DNA from: Protoeuglena noctilucae
Lineage: Eukaryota
Reading direction: 5' to 3'
NCBI GenBank assembly: GCA_958009085.1
Contig: OY253678.1
Location: 682,001 to 746,000, forward strand
Length of the DNA: 64,000 nt
The notes beneath the pieces were generated by a model. It did not search any database, had not been told where the DNA came from, and saw nothing but the letters and a program-made list of their open reading frames with translations. Shown piece after piece: positions 15,112 through 26,388 of this stretch (positions are counted from its first letter, which is position 1; each line of letters starts with the position of its first letter). The translations under genes were made by a program, and so were the position numbers.

Positions 15112-18100
15112 ATGGCGAAGAAACGCGCACCCAAGGCGGGTGCCCGCCGGCGAAATCCTGCAGAGGAGCTCCCTTCCGACATGTACGATGAGGTGGACGC
15201 CTTCCACAAGCAGCGGGACCGGGTGGCGCTGGACAAGGAGGTGGGGCGGCAGCCACGGTCGCGTGGAGCCGCCGCGCGCAGGCCGGGGGGGCAGAAGCGC
15301 TCTATCCTGTTACATCAATTTTGGAAGCACATGCCACACTGCTCTGGGACCTCCGCCATGCGCTGCCGGGACGCGGCGGGCCTGCTGACTGCCGGCGGCC
15401 CGCCCTACTGCAGGAGGACGCGCCGGACACGGACGACTCGGACGCGGAGGTGCCGGTATTGGGCGTAGAGAGCTTGGAGGAATCGGAGGACGACATGGAG
15501 GACGTGGACGACATCGACAGCGACGGGGACGAGGAGCTGCAGGCGATGAAGGCGCAGGCGCGAGCCCTGAAGCAGCGCCTGATGATTGCGAAGGGAGCGC
15601 GCGGCGGGGAATCGGACGAGGAGGCGGGGGACGACGCCCGCGCGGCGCTGCGAGAGCGCCTGTGGGGCGCAAGCAAGCGCAACTACTATGGCGGCAACGG
15701 TGAGGAGTCCTTTTGGGGTGAAACCTTCACCTGGCCGCACAGTCGCGCGCTTCGTCGGCTTCATTCGTTGCTGCTAGCCGTTGCTTGCCAGGCTCCCGAG
15801 TGGCTTGTCGTGTCATGACGACCTATCTGCGACGCTCAGTGGTGCCTGGCTGCGATTGCAGAGAGTGCCAGCGACGAGGAGGCGGAGGAGGAGGAAGAGA
15901 AGGAGGCGCGGAGGCTTCAGAAGGAGAGGGCGGCTGGCATCCGTCCCGAGGTGCGTGCGGCGTGGGGCCCACAGTCCTGAGGGGCACCCCGGCTGCCCAC
16001 CGATGCCAGCACTTGACTCTGTGCCTTGCCCCGCGCAGGACCTGGGCCTCTCATCGGGCGACGAGGACGAGAGCAGCGGGGAGGGAGAGGACGAGGATGG
16101 CGAAGACGCCGCACTGGGGGAGCGGGTGCCCAAGGGCGCGCAGGTCAACAGGGTGGCGTCCGAGACGGGCGCTGCAATGACCGAGGAACAGATGCGGGAG
16201 GCGGTGCGGCGGGACGCGCCCGAGGTGAGACTGACTGATTGAGCACATACGTGTGTACCCACGCAAAGGCGTGCAGGCGTGCCTCTGTCGGCGCCAGGGA
16301 CCGACGCCTGAGGTGACCGCCTTTGGCCTCTTCACTGCAACGCCCGGCTTGCCCCCCTTGCAGCTCGAGTCACTGGTGGGGGAGCTGAAGGGCGCGCTGC
16401 AGGAGGTGCGGGGCCGCGTGGCGCCACTGCTGTCGCTGGTCAGGGAAGGCAAGCTGGCGACCGACCAAGGCATCTCGTACCTCGAAGCCAAGCACCTGCT
16501 GCTCCTCACCTACTGCAGCTACCTGGGTGAGATGTAGTGTTACAGTAATGCCGTCTGCGAGCACACGCCGCATCCGCACCTCGCGCCACGCCAGTGCCGT
16601 TGCTGTGACCGTGAGCTGCCCACTGCAGCATCTTTCGCACGCACCCATCCACTCCCTTGATACCCCCGCTCCCTTGATACCCCGCCCGTTGTGCTCCACC
16701 CCCTTGTCGCAACCCAACCCACTCCGCATTCCCTTCCTTCGCATCCGCCTCATTTCATGTCTCCTTTCCACCCCCAGTCTTCTTCCTACTCCTCAAGGCC
16801 GAGGGCATCCCCGTCAAAGACCACCCTGTGGTGCAGCGCCTGGTGGAGACGCGGCTGTACTTGGAAAAGATCCGTCCGATCGATAAGAAGCTCAAGTATC
16901 AGATCGACAAGCTCCTGAAGGCGGCCGAGCGGGCGGGGGGCGCTGACGAGGGGCGGCGGGCGGGTGGGGCCGGTGGGGAGGACGATGACTTGCAGCTGAG
17001 GCCCAATATCGGTGAGATTGCGACGTGGGGTTCCAGGTCGGTAGTACAACAGCATGTCTTGAGTTTAAGCGTGGTGGGTTGCCAGGCAGGGAGCTGGGGC
17101 GTAGTCGGTGGAGGGTTGGAATGCGCGCACGGTGGCCCAAACCGCACCAGCAAAAGGGTGTGAGCTTATGTTGCTGAGGCCAGCGCAGTGAACTTGACTG
17201 CGTTGCGTCTGGTGCTCGCAGATGCGATGGTGACAGACGATGCGAGGGCAGCGGGCGATGGGGATGGGCCAGTGGGGGCATACAAGGCGCCGAAGCTGCG
17301 GGAGGTGGCCATGGCGGAGGACATGGAGAGGTCGCGGCGAAAGAAGGAAGAGCGGGCCGCCCGGGAGCTCCGGAGGAGGTGAGGGGGGGCGGGGGTGGGC
17401 GTTGCTGCTGTGGTGAAGCAGGTGAGGGAGCCGGGAAGGTGTTGTGGGAACTATCGCGGACCATTAGTGTTCTTCTTACGCATGAAGCAGTGGAATATGA
17501 CCTGGGATGGCTAGTGAGATGACTGGCTACGTCACTGCTGGTCGCGACTGGGCACCCACGCAGGGCGGCGAGGTCGGAGCTGGTGCGGGAGCTGGAGGCG
17601 GAGATCACAGGAGCGCCTCGGGAGGTGCGGGACGAGGTTCCGGGGTCGGACACCGCGGTGGCGGAGCGGGAGAGGCAGCGCATTGCGGAGCGGGAGCGGG
17701 TGGAAGAGGAGCTCATGACGCGCGTGCACCTGAGCAAGGAGGAGCGCAGGCGCATGCGTGTGGCGCGGACGGCGGGGCTGTCGGGCGCGGACATCGTGGA
17801 CGACATTGCCGACGAGGTGGTAGGGCTGGCGGCCGGGTTCGGGGGCGACGAGGAGGACGGGTCGGATGGGGGCGCGGGCGACGGGTCACTCCGGAAGCGG
17901 CTGTCCCAGGTGTGGATGCGGGGACCATGCGCGCTGTTCTTGGCGGGCTTGGACGGACGGCCAGCAGCGGTGGGGCTTGGGTGTGGCTACGATGTGGTAC
18001 CTTGACAGAGCTGCCCCGGGTTTGTCATCGCCGGCCATCGTATGCGTCTCGGTGCTCGTTTGTGCAGAAGTATGGTGGGGAGGTGCGCGGGGTGCGAGGG

Positions 18101-18680
18101 CCGCGGTCGGGGGACGACGACGCCCCAGGCCGGGCGACCCTGGGAGAGCGGCGCGCACAGCACGACCGGAAGCGGGCGGCGCAGCGGGCAGACGAAGAGC
18201 CCGACGAGGAAGGCAAGTTGGACCGATGGACCGATTCTCGCCCACTGGCATGCTACGTGCTGGCACATGCTGGTGTGTGCAGGGCCATGCACCTCACGCA
18301 CGCACACCCTGTCGACCCCCGCAGGTCCCGGCGCGTGGGGCGAGGAGGACGACTTCTACAAGGCGGCCAAGAGCGCATCGAAGAAGCGGCGGGAGGACCA
18401 CAAGGCATCGCTGGCGACACCCGCGTACCCACCTTTGGAGGAGCCGGTGGTGCGGGGGGCGCGGGCGGTGACGACGGAGATCATGCAGAATCCGGGGCTG
18501 ACGGCGCACCGGAGGCGGGACGTCAAGGCTCCTCGGAAGAAGAACCGGACCAAGTTCGAGAAAGCCCTGGTGCGGCACAAGGGGCAGGCGCCGGCGATGC
18601 GCGAGCGCACGGCGGGGTACGGGGGAGAGGCCACGGGCATCAAATCGACCGTCACCAAGTCGCGCAAGTTCAAGGGATAG
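15112..18680 (+). CDS. UTP3: SSU processome Sas10/Utp3 protein containing an Lcp5/neuroguidin-like central region
   Basis: 'MYDEVDAFHKQRD', 'WGASKRNYYGG', Sas10/Utp3/C1D domain 'ISYLEAKHLLLLTYC...HPVVQRLVETRLYLEKIRPIDKKLKYQIDKLL', and Sas10 C-terminal 'GLTAHRRRDVKAPRKKNRTKFEKA...YGGEATGIKSTVTKSRKF'. Confidence 0.88.
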
Positions 18681-18975
18681 GGTGCGGTGCCCATCGCATG
18701 CCGGGCAGCTGTGGCAGCTGGCTCGCATGTCGCGCTTGTGGTTGCTCTTGCTTGGCTGTGGCTCGTTTCAATGGATGCGCGGACGATTGGCACGACAAAC
18801 GCATGCTAGGTGTATGGACGAGGGGCGATAGGTGCTGCAGCAAGTGGTACATGTGGTCGGGGCATCAAATCAAGCATGGGGTGCAGGAGGGTGTGTAGGG
18901 CATACCCGGGGCTGCCCTTTGTCTCAGAGGATCATCCTCCTGCCCGTCGGGGATGAGGGCAGGTTGATGGCGCTC

Positions 18976-21390
18976 TCAGGGACGCTGACACTGCTCCGGG
19001 CGAGGGAGTGACGATTGCCGAGGGCCGACATGGCACTGTGCCTGCGAGGGCAGGTGATGAGCACATGGGTGGGGCCCATGGGTCATGGTTTGACAGCCAG
19101 CCGCTGGGCTGAGTGACACAAGTGCAGGAGCACCGGCGCTGTCTGTGGGAACCACAGATGAGCCGGAAACCGAAGGTATGGGCACTGACAAAAGCGCCAC
19201 CTGGCTCCGGTGCGCGCCCTCGTTATCTCACGCAGCACCTCCTCTGCAACCACTTGCACCTGTGAGGGGGTCTGGGGTAATGACATGGTCGACGCGGGCT
19301 TGGTGAGCTGTGAGCCACTAGGCATATGGAGGGTGCGTGTCAAGCCGAGCGCGGAACAGGTGGCCCGTCTGTCACCTTGGCCTGCATGCGCAGGGGCAGG
19401 AGGGAGCGTGCCATGCGCACGAGGAGGAGGGCGCTGGAAGTCCGGGGGACATTGCGGGGCCAGTCTGCAGAGGATGAGTCACTCGCTTGCTGTCAGTGTA
19501 CAGCAGGCCGTAACAAAGGCACAGGTAGGGGCATAGGTAGGGGTATGAGCAGGGGCACAAGCAGGGGCATATCTAGGGCTATGTGTTGCGCATAAGCCGG
19601 CACTCACCGATGTCTGGGAGGGCCTGCAGGAAGGTGCAGGACAGGGACACGCAGATGAGGGTGATGCTGAGGCAGGTAAAGCTGTACAGGATGGATGCGA
19701 TGGACAGGACGTCGAGGATGGCCAGACGCAAGGGCAAGCTGCGGAGAGGGAGGTGCGAGGGAGGCGATGAGTGAGCGAGAGGGGCTTGAACACCATGCGG
19801 TGTTGTAAGTGAGAAACTGGGGGCTCACTGGGACCAAGCCGTCACCTGAGGGAGTCGACGAACTGCGGCACTGCGTAGGGGCCGAGGGCAGCGGCGACAG
19901 CAGCGAAGCCGGCCGTCATGGCCAGGCGCGGCAGGGCGTTGCAGCACAGCATGGACATGTGGCAGCCGATGCAGGACTCGGCAAGGTCGACCGTCTGCGC
20001 GCAGGGAGTGGGCGGGATTGGGCACACGGGTCAGCTGGGATCTTAGGCCACGCGACAAGGTTCAGGGTCAAGGCACTGACGTAGGCACAGAGCACGATGC
20101 ACTGATGTTGATGCACGGCAAGCAAAGGCATTGATGTACTCACCAGCAAGTTCGTCCTGAGACGGAGCGCGCTGTCGCACTCCTGTCGGCGCGTCTGCCC
20201 ATCGCCGGGCTTGTTGAGCGTCAGGGACACGTGGCTCCACTGCGTCGGGACGTCGCACTGCGAGTCGAAGGAGAGAGCGGGCGGGGTCAAAAGTGGACTC
20301 GGCCGCGGCTTGCGTAACCAGGTCAGGCGCTTTTACACCCACGGCACGCTCCAACGCAGGCCATTCCACCCCCAGACTCTCGCGCAGCAGAGAGCGGCAC
20401 GTCCGCAGCGCCTCTCGCCTTGAAGGTCTCCACTTGCTTGCCCTGGTGGTGCCACCCGTGCTCCCCCACCGCGCAGTGGCATAGGCGGCACGTCCACAGG
20501 ACCGCTTGGTCGCTGAAAGGGCACGTGCGGAGGCTCGGGTCCGCCTGCAGAAGGGCCTTTCTCTTCCAGGGCTTTCTGAGGGTGTGGAGCGGGGCAGGGT
20601 GTCGGGGAGGGCAACTGTCGGGTCGCGAAAGGAGCCGACGGGGGGCCGAGCACGTGCATCGCGCGTGCGCCATCGATCCCTGGCCTCACCCTTGCAAGGA
20701 GAGGTGGATCCTCCAGCCACCGAAAACGATCGCCGCGATGCAGATGGCGGTGGAGATGGCGATGGTGGCCACCACGGCCGTAAAGAGCGCTGCGGGTAGG
20801 GACCCCGTAGCGCCCGGTTCGAGGGACAGCCGCACGCGCCACGCAGAGGATTGACTGTTTTGACCATGACTAGCGTAACTGGGGACCCTGCGTGCCCTTC
20901 CATCCACCCCGGCGCAAGTGCGGCGGGTGCGACCGTTCAGGGGGGGGACAGCCTCGCGCAACGAGGGGCGATGAGCATGCATGTCCCGGCCCGATTGATT
21001 TATCGCAAGATTTAAAGGTCCGCAGTATTCTCGCTGGGGTGTGAAAGGCCTCAGGAGCGCGGTGCGCCGGGCCCCAGTGCCGAACCGTCGCAACGGCGCC
21101 AACCCGCCCTGGATGCCAGATCAGTGCCCTCACCCCTCGAGCCTTGAGATTTGTCGTCTCCGAGCGGGATGCATGCCAAAAACATGAGGATGGCGGCCGC
21201 CGCGAAGGGGAAGGCCGCCTTCCATCGTGCGAACCGCACCACGCAAACGAGGGCGCCGGTGACGTGGTACATCTCTTCCAACGTTCGAAGGCGTACCCGG
21301 CGGGTGGGAGACTGCCCAGGAATCGAGCCGAGCGCCGGTCATGGGCCCGGAGCCCGCCGGTTTGACTGCCAGTGGGGCACAGTTTCATGT
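18976..21390 (-). CDS. Hypothetical multi-pass membrane protein (boundaries approximate)
   Basis: Several splice-site-flanked minus-strand segments encode hydrophobic helices ('FPFAAAAILMFLACIPL', 'ALFTAVVATIAISTAICIAAIVFGGW', 'LAILDVLSIASILYSFTCLSITLICVSL'). No family recognised. Confidence 0.4.
19524..19583 (+). repeat. Degenerate 12-bp minisatellite (about 5 units, approximately GTAGGGGCATAG), probably intronic
   Basis: ggtaggggcata ggtaggggtatg agcaggggcaca agcaggggcata tctagggctatg read directly from the sequence. Confidence 0.6.
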
Positions 21391-21549
21391 TCCGACCTTC
21401 ATTCCCCGGCGCAAAGCGCCGTGACAGCAGGGAGGCCAAGTCCGATGCCGAGCCAGGCGGTTGCGCGCAGCGGAGCCAAATGACGCTGCGAGCTGAGCCA
21501 CCCGCGCAACCGCGCATGGCCGGCCGGGACCCTCCGCGCATCTCCGCGC

Positions 21550-22971
21550 CTATCCCACGAGAAGACCATCTCTGAAACCCCGCGACACACCCTCGAGCCT
21601 CCGCGCGAGCCGGTCAGGCACCCCCCTAGCCCCCAACGCTACCCCAGGCCCCACGGACTCAGGAGACCCGTTGGGCACCGAGTCTAGCAGGTCCTCGCCC
21701 ACACGGTCCAAGCGGGGGTGCTCGAGAGACGTGTCCACCTTCCCCGGACAGAGGGGCAGGGCGGGCAGCAGCCGCGGTGCCCCCTCGTGCACGCCACCCC
21801 ATGGCACCCCTCCCCCGCCCACCGTCTCCGGGGTGGCGGCCGCCGACTGCGAGAAGCGGGGGGCACGCCGACTCAGGACCTCGCCCGGGTCGTCGCGGCT
21901 GCGGGCTCTGGCGCGCCTCGCAAGCGCCCACGCACCTCGTCTGCTCCCGGCCCCACCGGCGCCGTCTGCGGCGTCCCGCGCGCCTCCGCGCCGCCAGCCC
22001 CGAACACCCGCAGCGCCCGCATGCGCTGGTACTCCTTGGTCTGCTCGAGGCAGAGCCAGGCGGACCTGCTACGCAACGTCCGCGCCATGTGGGCGTGCAC
22101 GTGGGGCCCCGCCCGCATCAGCGTGGTGACCAGGGGCTCGTTCATGCACTGGTCGCATTTGTCCAGGTATGCCCAGAGCGCCTGCGGGCAGGCTGGGCAA
22201 AGCGCGTCCACAGCCGCAGGGTACAGCGCGCCGGCAGCCCGGCGCAGGGTGGCGGAGCGCGCAGGCACCTCGTGACGGCTCTCCACCGCCTCCTCCGCCT
22301 TGGTCTTCTTTTCCAACAACCCGCGGGCCTGCGTCGCGGGGGCGAGGAATCGCACTTGCCGCGGATCCGTTGGCTGGCCAAAAGGCGAGGGTGGGAACGC
22401 GCGCGGCGGCGCGCTGGCCGGGCCCCCGCGTCACCTTCAGCACCGCCCTCGCTCGCTCAGCATAAGACGATCCCGCGACGACCGTCGTCCGCCGTGGGCC
22501 GCCCGCGCAGACCATGTGCAGGCCCCGGCGAATGTACCCGTGCGAAGCCATCTCGCGAGCCCGCTCGGGAGGAGCACCCTGCGTCCGTTAAGTCCAAAGC
22601 TCGGTCACGAACACGCGCGCAACGTCCGACGCGCCGCCGGGGGTCTCGGAGGCCGCTCATCGCCACCGTCGGCATGCAGTCTAACAACGCCGCAAGTCCC
22701 GCCGTCCGCGCGCGCGCTGGGCGCCCCGGATGGCGCGGAGGGTCCCCACCGTATGGGGTGACAAAACGAATTTCCCTCCTGCCATCCGCGAGCCCGAGAG
22801 CCCGCCCGGCCGGTCACCTCGGGCAGGGTAGGCTCGCCGCGGTCTCACCTCTGTGGCGGGCTCGACCCGGCCGGATTTGGCCGCCTCCGCGCAGGCTGCC
22901 TCGCGGAACGACGCTAGCAACTGGACTTCCTCCGGATACTCATCCTCGTCGGAGGCATGGTCGCGGCTCAT
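21550..22971 (-). CDS. Hypothetical protein (spliced; 3' end uncertain)
   Basis: ATG at 22971 'MSRDHASDEDEYPEEVQLLASFREAAC...' and a coding-like exon 'LEKKTKAEEAVE...LWAYLDKCDQCMNEPLVTTLM...WLCLEQTKEYQRM'. Confidence 0.45.
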
Positions 22972-23443
22972 CGCTCGCCGAGGCCAAAGACGCCCCCGTG
23001 ACTCCCCCACACGAGCTCCGGCCACCGGACGCGCTCACAGCTGCAAATGTGACGAGAACAGTGGACCGGTGAGCCCGGCGTCCGAGCCCGGGGCCCCGCG
23101 GGGACCGAACGGCAGCGGGCACCCAAAATATGGCGCGTGCGCCGTGCTGGGCGAGGTCCCAAGCGCGTGTGGGGTTCTTTGGTATAACTCAATTGTCATG
23201 CTTCACAAACTCACCTGCCAAGCTGACTGCCCGTCCTGGTTCGGCCCTGTTCGCGCCAAGACACGCAATGCGAGCGGGAGTTCAACACAATGGACGTCAG
23301 TCGTAGCTCATTAATAATGTTTGCATTTCCAGGCGCCGGGGTTGGCGCCGCGCTGATCGGAGGGGGAAACTCCGCTGGCTGACAGGGGAGCTGGTCAGAC
23401 CAGGAGACCCCCCCCTCGAAGTCCCCAGTGCCATCTTTAGCAC

Positions 23444-24573
23444 CTACACAAGCAGGCTCTTGACGAGCAGCGCGCGGGGGTTGGACCCCTGCAGCAGGAC
23501 GAGGAATGGGTCGCGTGCCATCTCGCGGTACCCGCAGCCTTGATACAGCCTGCGGCCAGGGCAGGATCGGCGTCGTGCAAGAACAGCAAGTCGGATGCCA
23601 TCAATGCCAAGCGAAGCACGCCGTACTTAAAGGCCGTGTCGTTCGAGAGGCACACATGCAGCGTCATCTGGGGTGTTTCGCGAAGCCTGGCGACGTCCTC
23701 CGCGGCGGCGATCAGCAGCTTCGCAAGCCCCTGCGAGAGGGAAGACGCAGGGGCCTGACACAAACTCGCAAAGGGTTGCAACAGAGTCGCAGGGCCCAAG
23801 CATAGGCGAGACTCTTGCCTGCTTCCGATACGCTGGCAACACTGCCATGTTGGACAGGTAGGCATCGTGAGGTTGCGGTCGGAGGGTGCGGAAGCTGTCC
23901 CTGCGGGCGGGCACCATGGAAACCTTCAGGCGCAGCCGACATATCCGCCACGTCTGCCACGCCTCTCCACGCTCCCCACCTGGTAGACCGGTGGAACGAG
24001 ACGGCGGTCATCCCCACCACCTTCGGCGCACCGTCCTCCTCGGATGGCACCTTTGCGACCAACACAACACCCCGTGCGGGCGACGCCATGAGCATGTTCT
24101 CCAGGTAGGCGTTCACGTCCGCCAGTCGGACGTACTCTGGCGATGCCGCGAACGAGCGCGTGAGGCATATGCTGGCAGTGGCCAGGTCCTGCACGTGTGG
24201 AGGCCGGCCAGCGAGAGCCTCGCACCCCCGACAATATGCGGGCTCAGATGCGCAGGCCGGCGAAGAGGCACCCTCTCACCTCGCTCGAGCTCAGAATCTC
24301 GATCGACACCGTAGTCTTGCGGCCGCGGAGCTCCATAGCGTGCGTCGCGACCACGTGGGCGACGTCTTCGCCGCAGAGGCTTCCAGTGGATGTCGACACC
24401 TCCTCCGTGCTTGCCCCGGAGCCTCTTAACGAGGCAGTTGGTTTAGAGAGTTTGCTAACCGAGCACAGATAGCCAGAAGTCGGGCCCCGCAACGGCCACG
24501 CCGCGCTGGTTCGCGCAACCACGGACCACCCATTCGCGCGGATGCTCCCCGCCACAACCGCCGCCGCGGACAT
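23444..24573 (-). CDS. GNAT-family N-acetyltransferase, probably organelle-targeted
   Basis: Ala/Ser/Arg-rich N-terminus; 'AYLSNMAVLPAYRKQ|GLAKLLIAAAE' acetyl-CoA-binding motif; 'LHVCLSNDTAFK..LYQGCGY'. Confidence 0.85.
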
Positions 24574-24812
24574 CTCTCCGTCGCAGCCCGCCGCCTTTAA
24601 GAGGATTGCGCTTCTAACGCACGAGCCACTGGCAGGCCTTACAGCGACCCTCGCTGCCCACACCGGGGAGATGAAGCCGGCTTGGGTGGGTGGGTGGGGC
24701 TATTATTCGCAAGCGTGCGCACTCTGTGTGTGAGCAAAGCATAGACTCGCTCAAATGCTGACACCTTCCCCTAGGGATAGTGTAAAGACGCTTGACTCTG
24801 ACGTACGCTCGC

Positions 24813-26015
24813 TCATCGCAAGACGCGGCCCCGGGCCCTGCTGTGTCCGTACCACTGCACCCACTGCGAGCGACACGGCGGGGGCGGCTTGACACGCCTG
24901 GCACAAAGGTCGGATGGATGCGTGCATCTCGACTGGTGGCTCCAGAGGCGAAGGGCAGCGCATGGCGGGGGCACTGCGCAGGTCACCTCGCTGGACGGCA
25001 CCCACTCCGGCGGCTCGTAGTGCCAGTTGAAGAGCTCCGGGTCGATGGTCGAGAGCAGGTCCTTGTAGTTGATCTTGTCGGCCCCTGCGGGTCAACGACA
25101 TGGGACGACACCTAACCGAGCAGTGAGAGCCTGGCACGACGCAGCCCAGTCTCCACAGCACCAGCCCCGCTGCACTCACTGTCGGGATCGAATATGTCCA
25201 CGAAGGCCTCCTCGTCGTCACGGTCGATGTAGACGGTGAAGCGCTGCAGCAGCATCTTGCACGTGTTCCGCGTGATGCACTCGTGAGCGTCAGCCTGTCT
25301 CCTCAGCCCTGCGACGGGAAGCGCGGCGGGTCCGAGTCACGTCACACCAGCATAGCAAGCCGGGGCCCAGACATGGCCGCGCCCTCACATGAGAGGAGCT
25401 CATGTGTGCCGCCCCGCTGCTGCCGAATTTTCCGGGCCAGGACGTCCAGGATGTCCTCTCCGTCCGGTCCCACTCTGCAAGCAAAGGGCGCCGGTCGTTC
25501 GAGCGCGGAAACGCCGTGCCTGCCCGCCTCACCGAGCCACAGGAGACGCTCGCCTCATGCGCGACCTCTGGGCGGGACCCTGCAAACAGGGAGACGATAT
25601 CGGAGCATGAGTGCGCTGGTGCGGCCGGGTCTGCGGCCAAGCGAACAGCAAGAATGTCCACACACCTTTCCCCGCAGGTCCCCCGCAGACGTCGACGGCC
25701 GGCCGTCCGGGCTTCGTGAAAACTCGGCCTTGTAGATGGACATCCAGTCCTCCTCCACGCCCTGGAGGCACGGTGCAAGTGGGCGCAGGATGGCGGTGGG
25801 AGGGTTTCGAATGCGCCGATTGCAAGCCCTTCCGCGCGACAGCCTCGGCAGGCCGTGGGCCAGCCTGACTCGATGCTTGCCTTCTTCCTCTCGTCCCCTA
25901 TCTTGACGGAGGACTGGTTGGGGTAGAACGTGCCGGTGAAGTGCAGCCTCGCAGATGACGGCCTGGCATGCGCGCCCTCCTGCGCCGGCCCCGAGCTGGG
26001 GCGCGTCATCGCCAT
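24813..26015 (-). CDS. EF-hand-like protein, possibly flagellar-associated (3' end approximate)
   Basis: Spliced exons 'EEDWMSIYKAEF', 'ECITRNTCKMLLQRFTVYIDRDDEEAFVDIFDPD..ADKINYKDLLSTID' (EF-hand pair pattern). Confidence 0.55.
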
Positions 26016-26388
26016 CGAGAACGATGTCCCGGTGGCAGGAGCCGCCGGCTGCCGGCACGGCTGTCCCCCCCGCGGTCGCCACCCCCGCGTGTGAGCGTTG
26101 TTAGCACGTCGTGTTGTGCGTCACCCCTGGGCTGCCGGGCTCGCGGGTATGAGACACGAGATTCGGGAGTCTCTCAGGAGCGTGACCAGCGAGTGAACCG
26201 ATGACGTCGTGTGGAGAAATGGACCTGACATCCGCCAGAACCGCGCTCGTCTTTGCGCCCCCGCCCGTCCCACCCGCCGCAGTCCCCGCCTTCTGCCCCG
26301 TGGTGTGGGGACTTGTGCGATTTGGTTGCAGTGAGCCGTTTGAGGGGGAGCTCGCGCGGATATTATACCCTCGGCTGGCGGGCGCGAA

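Noticed and set aside
16652..16684. Tandem duplication CTCCCTTGATACCCC(C)G x2
   Set aside because: Short intronic slippage duplication; no evidence of function.
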